A DNA stretch of 63,077 bases, counting the filler, from Hyphochytrium catenoides (lineage: Eukaryota; Protista; Hyphochytriomycota): NCBI GenBank assembly GCA_900088475.1. It is 6 parts of 6 records of this genome, joined end to end, with 100 filler letters (N's around TTAATTAATTAA, not from the genome) between each part and the next. Parts side by side here need not be neighbours in the genome. Positions count along the whole stretch, not along the records: positions 1 to 29,723 come from FLMG01004468.1; 5 more parts are not named here. The stretch is one strand, 5' to 3'. Numbering within the stretch: position 1 is the stretch's first letter; each line of letters begins with the position of its first letter. The notes below the pieces were generated by a model. That model saw nothing but the letters and a program-made list of their open reading frames with translations. It made no database searches and was not told the DNA's origin. A program made the translations under genes and the position numbers. Shown in pieces: positions 14,380 through 28,300 of the stretch.

Positions 14380-15635
14380 GGCGGACGCAAGTGGCTTGAG
14401 AGCTCGCGTTGCTGGTGGGAGTACGAGGAGGAAGGTGACTTCGAACAATGCAATGAGCCTCGCGACGATGTGCCACCTTGACGGTTCAACTTCTTGAGAT
14501 CTCTCTCTGCTGGGCTGGCGGCCCTGACGCTTGAACAGGCCGAAGGGCCTGCTACAAAGCAGCAGCAACAAAGCAGAAGGAAAAGGCTGCTGCAAGAGGG
14601 AGAGGATGTCTGTAGCAGGGGTGAGACAGTATATGAAAGAGTTACATTTGTTCTAAAATAGCGTGTGTGAGAGTGAGAGACAGAGTGAGTGCGAGATGTG
14701 AACGCGAGAGGAGGAGGGAGGATTGATGGTTCGGCACTTTTCTGGCTGGTTGGCGGGCAGGGCGAGGGAGGAGCTCTCCCACACCTGAGGAGGGGACGTT
14801 CCCCACCTGTTAAATTCCCATAATGTCCAGTATATACCCTACCTGTCTGTATTTATCCGGTATTTACCGGGTCAATACATTTTCATGCTAGGTATACCCA
14901 TAACAACCATATCTACAGCCTCCAGAAAAGGTCGTCAATTTGTTATTTATCGTTATAAACAAAGGCGGGAACGTTATCCTGGGCGACCATCGGGGGTTGG
15001 GGGTTGGGTGGGACCGTCGCCCTTCCCCATCAGAATCCTGTTGTCGTTTGATTCCCTCTCTATCTTCCCCTTGGCTAATCCTTTGATGGACGGGGAGAGA
15101 GGAAGCCCCTTGTCTGCCTGCTCAGCCGCTTCGCTCTGGCAAGTGACAGATGCACACGACGATGCCTGGGCCCCGGACAGAGGAAGAGCCTGGCTGAAGA
15201 GTGTGCACAAGAGATTTAGAGCCTTACATCCACCGAGTACCAGGGTAGCCTGTAGCCTAATATATATACAAGAGCAGACTGGTGCCGGTTGCACGTGCTT
15301 CTTCAGCAGGCTGCTTTCTTAGTACAAGGTCCCACTTTGGTATGAGAAGCGAATTGGAGGGCCGCCTCAAGACAGGTAGCAGCGCTGTCTCTGCCTGGTG
15401 CGATGACACAAGTTACGTAACTAATAAGCCTCACGAGGCCATTTCACTGCCTTGAGCCGCATAACACTGCTCAGCTGGAAGTCAAAGCTTCACGTCCAGC
15501 CGAGCGGTACTCCCTTTATCGAAAGACAGAGCAGCCAGTGGGGAACAAAGTAGCAATCCCTCGGCGTTTGAGTGTCAGCTCATTCCATTCCAGAACAGCG
15601 CGAAGAGAGGTACTTAGAGGTGGAAGTACAGAGAG

Positions 15636-16592
15636 TTATTCGTCCTCCTCGACTTCAAAAGCCCCAAAAAGATTAGTCCCGTCATCCTCCAACACGTTCG
15701 CCGCGGCCACTCTTGAGGCCAAACGCTGTTCTTTTTTCAGCTCCCTTGCTTTCGCCATCGCTAGGGCATCGTCAGTGTCACGCAGCGCTGACAGATGCGC
15801 TGATGTCAAAGCGCTCGGGTCCAGCTCAAACTTGCCCCGCGTGTCTGACTGTGCCATCCGCCGCTGACTGTAGCCCGCAGCCCTGGAGAAGTGGTACATG
15901 GCAATGCTGGACGCAATGACCATGCCAAGCTTGGTAGTGCCGAAACTGACTCTCGTCTGCGAAAAGGTTGGCAAGTGGACAAAGCTATCACAGATATCCA
16001 GCTGTTCCTTAGTCAGGATGCCTGTCTATGAGAGAAAGGAAGCCCCTCAGCATCACAACTAAAAAAGCGCTTCACTATCCACCTCTCTAAGCCCGTCCGA
16101 CTCACCTCATTTGGCACTAAGAAGCCAACACGGCCCTTGAAGTTGGCGTGATCAACACCTGCGCAGTAAACAGAGAGCTAGCCTTTAGTTCCTATCCACA
16201 AAGGCTCCTAGACGGTAGGAGGAGAAGCTTTACGTGTTGAGCGCCCAGGAATGGCTTGGATACCGATGACGGTGTAACCTCTGTCGACGCTGAGGTAGAG
16301 CTTGGCCTCCTTATAACTTGGGAGGCAGGTGATTTTCACATATTTCTGTGCGCCGTGTGCGCCATGAGTTCCGAACTTTTGGCTTCCGACTGTGTCAGGA
16401 TGACATGGTAGCCAGTCAGATCCCGCACGGCAGGGAAAAGATAAAACGTAGCCACTAACCGACGATAACCTCGGCACAATTGAAAGCTGAGGCGCTTCGA
16501 ATCAGCGAGCCGAGATTCCGCTTGCCGCTGGAGTTTGAAAGTATGAGCACCTGGGCAGACGGGAAAAAGCTACTCACTTGTTCTTCTGCCAT
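15636..16592 (-). CDS. SpoU/TrmH (SPOUT) family RNA 2'-O-methyltransferase-like protein, 4 exons
   Basis: Spliced product MAEEQ..NSSGKRNLGSLIRSASAFNC..VVGSQKFGTHGAHGAQKYV..FKGRVGFLVPNETGILTKEQLDICDSFVHLP. SPOUT motif 1 (N-x-G-x3-R) and the CD..V.IP-type motif are present. Confidence 0.8.
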
Positions 16593-17149
16593 ATCCACCG
16601 CACTGGCACCGGCGTCAGCATGCGGCAAGCGCGTAGTCAAGCTCTCCGGCGTCCAATGCTATGGACGTGCTGCCAGGAGGTTGGTCAATGCCCGTTATTA
16701 GTAACGGGTCTGCAGCAGCGGCTGATGATTGGCATGCGTGGTGCTTGCCGCTGGAGGAGAAGGCCGAAGACTGGCTCCAGAAACTCTGAAACCCTGACGG
16801 CAATAATCTGTAGACATTTCACGTCCAGAGCCGGGGCCGGTAACGGCCTTAAAGCCGCTAAGATAAACAGCTTTGTAAATAAAGTGAAAACTGGGAAGAA
16901 GAGCTTCACTGCTCCGTCTCACCTTGACCTCAGTGAGTGAAAGACAGTGATGAGAGCGCTGTTTATCGGCTTCCATGAGCTCCATGGACTGTATGAGCGT
17001 CAATCCCCTCAGCTGTCTGATAAAGAGTCTCAAGCGCCGCCGAAGGACTAGGCCAGCGTGTTGTCCATCAGGAAAAGGGTCTGCTTCCTGAGGTGCGGTG
17101 GGCACCAAACCTCTCATATCCTGGCACAAGTGAGATCTCGACCTCGGCT

Positions 17150-18127
17150 ATGCGCTGGCACGAAGAGCCCACCCTCCTGCCCATTTTCCTGGCGCTGAAT
17201 GCTATCGTCGGAGTTCTGGTTGTTCCTAAAGTTGTCAGGTCATTGTTCACGCAGTTGATTTCACCTATAGCTAGGACTAAGGACCCACTGACAGGTCCCA
17301 TGCAAAGTCCCTTGAGCAGGAGATTGAAGCCACGCTTACGTGCGCGGTCTGCTGGCTGATGCCAACAAACTTCTTATTATGCCATTATTTTCTCAAAGGA
17401 AGCCGCAAGGTTTATACCGCTGTCTAGAGCTTCTAGAACTCCCGTGCATGCAATGCATCTAACTGACCGCCACTTTTAGACTCCTACCACTGCTGGTCCT
17501 GTGCATCTCTACCGGCTTTGCGTCATTGCACTCGGATCTGTCTTCATACACATCAGTGTCGTCATGTTTGGCGCCCCAGTTCTAGAGTACGTCTTTATCC
17601 TTGTGGGCAGATCTCGTTCATGTCAAACGGCTTGACCCAACTCTTTATGCAGCCTCTGGAGGAAGACTTTGTTACTTTCCCTGCTCTTGGCCTCTGTCAC
17701 CTTTCTGCCTGCTGCCTTTATAGCAGGACCCGAATGGCAACAGTGGAAGAGGCTTTTCTTTGAGTTGCGGTAAGTGATAAGTGATGCGACTATCTGTTCA
17801 GGCGGCCACCGTTTTACTGATACTACCTTAGCTTTATTGCCAATGAGGAGCGGGCAGCTGTGGTCACCTTCTTTGCGGGACTCTTTGGCTGCTACGTTGG
17901 CTCCTTCGTAATCCCTCTTGACTGGGATCGGCCCTGGCAGGTAATGGGGTACGCCAGGCTAAGTGGACACCTTTTCCTCATCTCTTGTCCTATTCTGCCC
18001 CGTGCAGGCCTGGCCAGTCTCATGCGTTTATGGAATCTTAGGTGGTCTACTAGTAGGGGCAGTAGGTAATGCAGGAGCCATGGTCATGTCAAAGGCTGCT
18101 CGAGGTGTCAAACGTGCCAAAGCTTGA
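17150..18127 (+). CDS. PIGF: GPI-anchor biosynthesis protein PIG-F (Gpi11), multi-exon
   Basis: Hydrophobic exons with VMFGAPVLE and the signature IPLDWDRPWQ|AWP spanning intron 17941-18008. TGA at 18125-18127. Start and internal exons are approximate. Confidence 0.85.
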
Positions 18128-19346
18128 GGTCTAAAAGTTCTCTGAGAGCGGGTGACCCTAGAGATGCCGCTCGAGCATCAGCGAACGCAGTCATAAAAAG
18201 TTAATTTCCTGGGTTGCGGAAGAGGGTCAAGTACTGGCCCTAGCTGTAAGACGCAATCGAGCTGGACTGGCACAAAGGGACGTGACTTCAAAGTTCCTCG
18301 CAAGTAATCAAGAGTGAACCTCAAAATGCTCGCTCATGCCGACCTGATGACCCGTCACGTTAATCAGCCATTCATGTCCCTCTGTCCGCCCGCGAAAGCT
18401 CTGACCACCTAGCGAGCTCCCGAACGCCAGCTCTCTTATGTTCTAAAAGACGGGCCCTGGCGCGTGACTGTGCCGTTCCGGGCACTGCTCTGACAGGTGA
18501 CGGTGAGGGTGGCCGCGGCCCTGAGATGAGTCAGGGAGCTGGCGGTTCCTAAAGATGAAAGTCCAATCCCCAAAACACATATGTACGGGACGATACAGAC
18601 CTTCCCCTGGAGTGTGCTCATCAGCCCTCTCCAATGTATTGTAGCCCGTGCGCTAAATGTCTAAGTGTATACCGTTTATTAAGCCCAAGGGCGGAGAAGT
18701 CGGGGGTAACATAGATGATTGGGGTCTGGAGTAGAGGTCTGAGCAGGCACACCTCGAAAGGACATGGACGCCAAGTCCGTTGCCCCGCCAGCGCACTCTC
18801 ACACCTTCCTGTCTCTCTCTCTTTCTCTCTCTTCTCTTTCTCTCTTTCTCTCTTCTCGCTCTCTCTCCTCTCTCTCTTCTCTCTCCCTTCTCTTCTCTCT
18901 CCCTTCTCTTCTCTCTCCCTTCTCTTCTCTCTCCCTCTCATCAGCTGGCTGCCTCGCTCTCCAACTCTCTTGCTCTGTCTCTTCTCTCTCTCCTTGGTTC
19001 CCTTTTCTTCTTTCTTCTACAGTAGCGTCTGTCCGGGTTCTCCATGCAGCCAACCCGCATCGTCTCTCTCTTTCTGTTGATTATCCCGGCACTCTCCTAG
19101 TCCCTAGCATCCAGGAAACATCCGATCGGCCGGCAAGGGACCAATAAGTGGAAGCGGAGACCCTTCTTGAGCCTGAGTTCTCCGTGGCACCAGGATCGCC
19201 CCGGTCGTTGGATATTCCCGCAGTATTTGCACCTTTGAGACTCTCCTAGCCTACCCTGTGAAGGTATTCTGTCCAGGCCCATGATTCGACCCTAGAACGT
19301 ACCAGAGCAAGCAAACACTGGGCCTGAGTGGCTCCATCTCTGACAA

Positions 19347-22300
19347 ATGGCTGAGTCCGCGCGGCAGTTGATTGTAAACTCGATTCTCAGCCTGTCGGGA
19401 GGCAGTGGCGACACCTCTCTGGAGAAGTCTTTCATAGACAACAAGAGCATTGCCCAGTTCTTGGACGACCCAGAGTGAGTAGCATTTATTGTCAGGGTGC
19501 CGCCTAATTTTCCGTCTAATCGAGGTACCAACTCCTTCGCGGCGTGCAGAGCGCAGACTTTGCAGGCCCATGTGCGGAAGTCCCCTGCGGATGGGATTGA
19601 GGTGGAGTTGGCACTGGGGAGCGATGTTAAGCCTAAGGAAAGCTGCATAAAGGTCATTCACTTTAGCAAACTAAAGGCGGAGAAGGTAGACAAGACGAAC
19701 TACAACGGACTTGTGCAGGTATGAAGGTGACAGTGCCGTCAAACGTACTAAGCCAGGAAGAATGGTTAATGGTACAGAGAATTTGGAAAGAGGGCAGAGA
19801 GAGACACAAGGATTAGAGAGGACTGCAAGGGAAAGGGATAGGAAGGTGTAGGTTGTGCTAAAGAGCTGATGATGAGGTCCTGCTAAGACAGTTCTCTGCT
19901 TCTCCGCGGTTGCGTCATTTGATGTCACGCCAATCTCTCTCAGGTTGTGACGTTCAATCAAAGTCCCCTGCAGAACCTATACAATGTCATTCACAACGTC
20001 TATGCACCTCTGCTACTAAAAGCCAGCGGGTCGGAAAAGTTCCCTCTGTCTCTGCAGGATCTGCTCAAGCAGCTGGACGACGGGCTCACCGGAGCCCTAA
20101 AGCAAGGCGATGGACAGGGCTCGGAGACAGACCAACTCGCCAGCATCCTTACTCCAGTCGACGAGTTTGAATACTGGGAAGCCAACGCCACTGGCCGCAA
20201 TCGTGAGCGGGCTAGAAAATTCATTGACGCTTTTGATCCTGTAAGGACTCGGTTTGAGAAGTTTGATACCCTGTCTAGCAGCCAGCTCAAGGAACTCCTA
20301 GACGATACGCAGAATGCTCTCGAAGATGTTTGGAGGGCCGATCTTGCTTCGACGGCACGATATCCTCAGCAGCGTATGATCCATCTGATGACTCTGATTT
20401 CCGGCCAGATAAGCCGGTATGTCCAGAAATGTCTGCAGGGGAAGGACATCTGGACGTCGGCGCTCAATGAAACGAGACCAGTCATCCGTGATGGGCTCTC
20501 GGTCTGTGAGAAATGGCTTCATATTGAGGAGGATCTGACGGCCACCTACTGGCCAGGCTTTGAGGAGCATCCGTGGGAAGGACCAGGGGTGCAGGACAAA
20601 TACCTCCAGGGTTTCAAGAAGCGCTTGGAGGAGATCTTAAAGGTCCGCGTCCTGCATGATGAGTTGTTGAGCCTCCTTACGTCAGCGGAGCAAGAAAGTC
20701 TGCAGGTTTCAAGCTCTTTTTCATCGTTTGAAGGCATAGACCCGCTGAAGTACAGCCCCTACTCTGAGGCGCTTTGGCAACAAGCTGTAAAGGAGTATGA
20801 GGCCAAGCTGGGCCCCTTGGAAACACAGATAGCTTCCAACCTCAGGAAGCAAATAGGGAGTCTGAAGGACCGCCCCCTTTTGCTCTTGAAGGAGTTTCAG
20901 AAGTTTGGGAACCTCCTCAGCAGGCGGCAGATTTCTCAAGAGCTGACACCTGAGAGAGAGGCTCTCCTCACCCAACTGCACGAGTACCTGACTAAGCTTG
21001 AGGGCCGGTATGAGGTGGAGTGTGAGAGTAGTGGTGAATCGTCTAGCTCCCTGTTAGGCAAGAACTTCTCTCCTACAGTTAACAAGATTGTATGGGCTCA
21101 ACAATTGCACAGTCGGCTGAAGTCTCTATCATCATCAGCCAGGCAAGTTCTTGAGGGGCTACCAGCATACAAAGACTTCTCACAGTCTTGTGAGTCCCTT
21201 ATATCTCGGACCGCTGGCACCGTTAACGACGAAGTCCGGCGGTGGCAAAGGCACGTGGAAGAGACGATAAAGGATGAGGATCTGTCCTTCGACGTCCGTG
21301 GTCGGCTTATGGAGATAGACAAAGAAGGAAATCTAGTGGTGAACTACAGCGAGAAGCTGGTGACGCTGTTGAGAGATGTAAGGCAGCTCTCTGAACTGTC
21401 GGCTGCCGCTGACAGTAAATCTGCATGGGTGACGCCTAAGATACGCAATGTGGCAGATGAAGGAGAGCGATTCTATCGCTACGGGGTGATGCTCAAGAAG
21501 GTGGCTAACTATTATAACACTATGGAGAGCCAGATTATCATCACTCAACGGGATCTTTTGCTGGAGCCTTTGCTTGCCTTTGAGGAAGTAGTCAACAACC
21601 CGAGCGTCAGTAAGAAAGGTAAAAGCGTCACCTGGAGCGATCCAGGAGAGTGCGAGAAGTACGTGGAAAAGCTTCAGAAAGCGGCTGAGAAGCTCTCTGG
21701 AGAGAACCGTAGGCTTCGTAAGCTTCATATGAAGCTTAACGATGACGTGATCTCTCTTATGAACATTGATCTCCTAAGAAGGAGAGAGCAGTGGAAGGGC
21801 AAGTGGGGAGAGATGAAGGAACATATGTCTTCTCTTTCACGCAAGTACGTTGCCGAGCGCATGACGAAATGGCTTCTGCATTGGGACCATCAGCTGTACA
21901 AGGCTCTGGAAGCAAACTTTAGGTTTGGCCTTGAGACTCTAAATGAGAATTTGCCTGAGATTAAGTGCGAGCTGACTCTCAACCAGCGCAACCTGCAGTT
22001 CAAGCCTCCGCTGGAGGAGCTTCGTAGCACTTATTACAAAGAGATGAAGAAGTTTATCTCCACCCCCAGCCAATTCCCAGGCTTCGGGAACAACCAGGAG
22101 ATATTTAGAAAAATCCCTGACAGAAACGCCGCCAGCATTCTTAATGTCTACGTCAAGGCGGAGTCTCTCTTTGGTCGACTGCAGGACATTAGGGATCAGT
22201 ACGAGGGTTGGGTGCAACTGGCCAGCGTCTCGGACCTTGACAGCTATGTGGAGGAGCGAGTCGTAGAGGTAAATGACTGGGATCTGAACTTTAAAGTTGT

Positions 22301-25300
22301 CAAGACCAAGAGGAAAGACTGTGAGAAGCTCCCTGACTGGAACCGCGTGGACTGCTTCACTGTCTCGTCCGTCCCTTTGAAAGCAGCGATTGATGACCTT
22401 CTCCAACGTCTCCATGACGCTCTTCTGCTATCTTTAAGGAAAAACGTTCTCTCTACTGCCAAAGCAGTTGACCAGTACCTGGACTCCTCAATGGATATTC
22501 TTAATGCTGTTCCCCAGACTATCGATGAGATATCTAAGGGGAAGAAGAGCTGGAAAGAAATTGAGGCTCAGAAGGATAAGTTCAAGTTGTTTATGCGGAA
22601 GGCGGAGGAAAAGAAAGAGCTTCTTCTTGCTGTGGCAGGCTCATCCATTGACACAGCGGAGGTCACATCTAAGCTCTCAACTCTTCCCAGCAGATGGGAG
22701 ACATTTGAGATCTCTCTGGAGGCATACAACGACATGATAGAAGACCAGAGAGAGAAGATGAAGGGTAAAATAGAGGCTGATGTTATCCAGTGCAACATGG
22801 ACTTAGACAAGTTCTCTCAGCGCTGGTTTGCATTGAGGCCAAAAGAATTGAAGAACTGGGACAACGAGGAGCTTGCTGGAGTCCTCGCCGACATCAAGGA
22901 CAAACGCTCACAGTTAGATTCCCTAGTCCAGCAGGCGCAGAAGCACATTGAAAATTGCGCCAATTTCCAGATGACTGCACCACAATTTTCCGGCTTGGAC
23001 GCGTTGAAAGCTGACATTGAGAAGACGGAACAGATCTGGGGTATGCTGGAGACCTATAACAAGGAGCTGGAGGCTTTGGCGGTGCAGGACTGGATTAGCT
23101 TCCGCAGTAGGATCTTTGACCTCCAGGATTTTGCTCAGAAGTGGGTGGACAGCATGAAGAAGGCAGAGAAAGAGCCGGTGACAGACTTCATCACTGACAA
23201 GAGCAAAAAGATTTTGAAGGCCATGCCAGGCCTTAAGTTTTGCAGAGGAGAACCCTTCAAAGAGGAGCATTGGGTGCAGTTGTTCAAGAAGCTGCAGCTG
23301 ACGAAGGTCCGCTTTGACACCTTAACCTTGGGCAACTTCCTTTCATGTCTTGATCAGATGGAAGACCCACAGTTTGTTCAGTTTGTGAAGACTCTTCAAG
23401 CCAGAGCCCAAGGAGAAGTGACCATCAGAGAAGCTCTTCAAGAGCTGAAGGCGTGGTCGGAAACAGCCGAACTCGCTCTGTCGGACCACGAAGAAGCTGG
23501 TCGAATGACGCCTATCATCAAGGACTGGAAAGACATTCTTCTGGAGCTGGGAGACAATCAGTCGCTTCTCCAATCTCTTAAAGAGTCGCAGTTTTTCAAG
23601 CCCTTTGCCGACGTTGCTACCCCTTACGAGCTGAAGATGTCCATGTTGGAGGAGTATCTGCAGCAACTGAACCAAATCCAGAGAAAATGGATCTACCTAG
23701 AGCCTATTTTTGGCCGAGGTGCTCTTCCTTCCGAACAAGGTCGATTTAAGCGAGTGGATGAGGAGTTCCGCGATATCATGATCAAGCTGAAGGTGGAACC
23801 CCTGCTCTTCAATCTGGCTGACGAGAGCATCTTTCCTCAGCTTGGGGAAAGGCTGAAGACAATGACTGACCAGCTGGACCGGTGTCAGAAGGCGCTGGCA
23901 GACTTCCTAGAAGAAAAGCGAGCCAAGTTCCCTCGCTTCTACTTCATTGGAGACGACGATTTGCTGGAAATTCTTGGACAGGCTAAGAACCCGTTGGTCA
24001 TCCAGGCTCATCTAAAGAAACTCTATCAGGGCGTATACAAGGTCGAGTTCAACGCAGATAACACCAAGATCAACTCAATGATCAGCGCTGTTGGAGAGAC
24101 GGTCAAGCTAGAGCAACCGGTATCAGTAACCGAGGCCGTAGAAGAGTGGCTTTTGGCCTTCACGAAGACCATGCAAGCTACTCTTAGGGCAGATCTGGTC
24201 CGGTGTGTCAAGAGCAAAGCTCCAGACTTCACAGAGTTCTCCTCTCAGATTCTCTGTCTTACCGAGCAGATCAAGTTCACCAGTAGGTGCGAGGAAGCCA
24301 TTGAAAAAAGGACGCTTCCCAATCTTCTAAAGACCCTAAAGGACACCCTAGCGCAATACACTTCCCTCGACTTGAGCTCAGAGCCCTTGCTCCAGCTAAA
24401 AGTAAAGGCTTTAGTTTTGGACATTGTGCACATGATAGACGTAGTGGAGCAGCTCTTGCAAGTGAAGTGCAGTGCTCTGGATCACTGGGCCTGGCAGAAG
24501 CAACTTCGCTTCTATTTGGAGAACAAGAGCGATTGCATCATTCGAATGAGCGACGCTCAATTCCAGTACACATTCGAGTACCAAGGCAACGCGCCAAAGC
24601 TAGTTCACACGCCTCTAACGGACAAGTGTTATCTCACGCTGACACAAGGGATGGCGATGGGCTTTGGAGGCAATCCCTATGGGCCTGCAGGCACAGGGAA
24701 GACTGAATCTGTCAAGGCACTAGGGAATGCTTTTGGCCGCCAAGTCCTAGTCTTTAACTGTGATGAAGGGATTGACTTCCAGAGTATGGGACGAATCTTC
24801 ATGGGCCTGGTCAAGTGTGGTGCCTGGGGCTGCTTCGATGAGTTCAATCGCCTTAAGGAAGATCAGCTGTCGGCCATCTCTCAGCAGATTCAGCTCATTC
24901 AAGATGCTATCAAGGAGAAAGAGCATTCTATCAAGCTTCTAGGCAAGACAGTAGAGGTCGACTTCAATGCCGGGATCTTCGTCACCCTCAATCCCGCCGG
25001 AAAGGGGTACGGTGGTCGATCCAAGCTGCCTGATAACCTGAAGGCGCTGTTTAGGCCAGTGGCTATGGGAATCCCAGATAACAATCTAATTGCTGAGGTC
25101 ATTCTCTCTGCTGAGGGATTCAGAGAAGCGAAGGCTTTAGGAAGCAAGGTCGTTTCTCTTTACACGCTCTGTAAGCAGCTTCTTTCTCCACAGCAGCATT
25201 ATGATTGGGGGCTCCGTCCCCTCAAGGCGGTCCTTAACACAGGAGGCAAGTTTATTCAAATGGCAAAGAAGGAAGACAAGGACCTTTCTGTAGAGAAAGA

Positions 25301-28300
25301 GAGAGAGCTTTTGATCAAGGCTGTGCGCGTTAACACGCTCTCCAAGCTTACCTTTGCGGACAGCACCAAATTCCTCGCGCTCATTGGGGACGTTTTCCCG
25401 GGCGTAGAATCAAGCGACATCTCAGGGGGGGAGCTGGAGACAGCGATCCGTGAGGTGATGGTCTCCAAGGGCTTCAATCTTGCTGTGGATGAGACACAAA
25501 TCAAGAAGATGCTCCAGCTGAAAGAGTCACTAGATCAGCGCATCGGCTGTGTGATAGTGGGACCCTCGGGCTCAGGCAAGACTTCTGTCTGGAAAGTCCT
25601 CCAGGCAGCGCTTATCAAGTGCGGACAGCTTGTTAAGACTTATGTGATGAATCCTAAGGCAATGCCCAGGAAGCAGCTCTTAGGACACATGGATCTTGAT
25701 ACGCGAGAGTGGTTTGATGGCGTTCTCACCGACGCCGCGAGGAAGGTTGTTAAGGAACCTCTGGAGGTACGGAGTTGGATTATCTGTGACGGAGATGTCG
25801 ATCCCGAGTGGATTGAGAGTCTTAACTCTGTTCTTGATGATAACCGGCTGCTTACCATGCCGAATGGCGAGAGAATTAGCTTTGGGAATAACGTCAACTT
25901 CCTTTTCGAGACTCATGATCTCCGCTTCGCCTCACCAGCAACTGTCTCTCGTATGGGAATGATATTCCTCTCTGAGGAGGACATTGAGGTGAAGCGAGTA
26001 GTGGGCAAGTGGCTCTCTGACCTAGCCGAGGACGTCAGAGAAAACCTGGAGCTTTGGGTTGAGGATCTGTTCTACAGAGCGCTGGACAAAGCATTGACGC
26101 ACGAGCCTGTGGTCCCGACGACAAAGGTTGGGATGGTCTACAGCGGTCTCTCCCATTTAAAGACGGTCAGCACGAAGTCAGAATTTGTTTGCGCTCTCAT
26201 TCGCGGTCTTGGGGCCAACCTGGAGCTGGAAGTGCGCAACTCCTTTGCAAAAGAAGTCTTTGAATTGGGCAAGGAACGGCCGCCTGATGCCTCTTCACCT
26301 GTTAATGCCTTCTGCACCGGTAGCACATACAGTCAATACCAAACGAAGAGAGACACACTGGGCAGTTCGGACGGCCTATTGGATGGCAGTGACCTGGCTG
26401 AGGGCTCAATCGTGGCAACCACCTCGGCAATGAGGAACTTGGATCTCATCCGGCCATGGGTGGAAGGGATGGAGCCATTCATTTTAGTAGGCCCGCAAGG
26501 CAGCGGGAAGAATCTTATCGTTCAGTACGCCTTTAAACAGCTAAAGAACTGTTCGATCACCACGCTTCACTGCAATGCCCAGACAACCGCTGAGCATGTC
26601 ATACAAAAGATCAGACAGAGCTGTTCTCTGTTCAGCACCCCGGGCGGACGGGTATACCGCCCGAGGGAGAGCGAGCGGTTGGTTCTCTATCTGAAGGACA
26701 TAAACCTGCCCAAGCCGGACCAGTATGACACTTGTATGCTCATCGCTTTCCTGCAGCAGCTTATCACCATGAACGGCTTTTATGACTCAACGCTAGAGTT
26801 CTTAGGCATCGAGAAGGTGCAGATTGTGGCATCCATGAACCCTTCCACCACTGTTGGCCGACACCCGCTATCAACTAGGTTCACGGCCTCAGTACGCATC
26901 GGAGCTGTGGATTATCCTTCAAAGGATGAGCTGTGTACAGTCTATTCTATCTTCCTTGAGGTAAGGGCGAAAACGAAAAGAGCAGTCACTTCTGCTTTTG
27001 TCATCTTACGTGGACCCTTCTACTGCCTTACAGGCCCTGATCAACCTGATTCCTGGAGCTGATGGTCAGTGGCGAGTGCCGATAAACAGGGACAAGCTCG
27101 CCACTTCAATGATTGAGATCTACGATCAAACCCGAAACAAATTCAGCGTTGACGACCACCGCCACTATCTCTTCACACCTCGGGATCTGACCAAGTGGGT
27201 AGCAGGCATCCGAAGGTACAACGTCGAACAGGAGAATTTGCTGGACATCTTTGCCTACGAAGGCCAGAGACTCTTCCGTGATCGTCTGGTTGACAGTGAG
27301 AGCAAGACAAAGTTTGACAGCATCCTATCAGGGCTGCTGAGGTATGCATCCATTCATTCTACATTTAGCATGCGCTCCTTATCTTCCATGTTTCTTCTTT
27401 GCGGCGGTGCTATCCTGTACTTCAGGGGTCAGCCCTGGGTCAGCCCACGTTCGTCACATTATGCCCGACACTCTCTGGCATTTGGTCTCTATTTCCTTTC
27501 CGTCACTCTCTGGCAAGTCCTTTTACATTCTACACCTTCCAGCTCATCACTTCTTCTCTACTTTCCCAACACAGGCAACAGTGGCGTCATACGGTTGACT
27601 TCTCCGAGGTCTACTTTACTGCCCTAGGCCAGAGCTCCTCTGCCAAGGAGAGCACTGCAGGTGAGGGAGCGACGGGCAAGAGCCCTGACTCCAGAGGATT
27701 GGCGAAGATGAAAGTGGAAGAGTTTGAAGCTACGGTCCAGCACGGCATTCAGATGTATGAAAGAGAGGAAAAGGAGCTTAACATGCTGCTGGTAAATGCT
27801 TCTTCTCGCTCTACAGTGGTTAGCTTTGCTATGCTAGGATATTTCTTTATCTGTATACGCTATTGCATTACTTTTCACTTTAACGACCGGTACTCCAGGC
27901 TCGTAGTCTCTACTGCGTCGCTCTCTGCACTCAATGATACGAATCCTCGGTCTCACGCCCTCCACGTTGCAGTTCCCTGAGATTTTGGATCACGTAGCTT
28001 TCGTGGATCGCGCTCTTTCGTGTCCAGGAGGTTCACTTCTCTTGACTGGCAAGAGAGGCGTAGGAAGGAGGACGGCGACCACTCTTGTGTCTCACCTGCT
28101 GGGCTATCAGTTCCGGTCACCTAGCATAACGCGAAACTACAACAGCAAGGCTTTCTTGATAGACATCAAGGCCGCTGTGGTTGAAGCTGGTGTGCAGGTG
28201 ATAGTATAACCAGCTGTCAATGCTAGAGCTGCGATATCTTTGCTATCTTTAGAGAGGTGTTTGGGTCACTCGTAGGCTCTAGTGCTCTCGCATATCTCAT

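Noticed and set aside
18570-18605. U6 snRNA-like words (ACATAT..GACGATACAGA)
   Set aside because: No ACAGAGA box or downstream U6 sequence.
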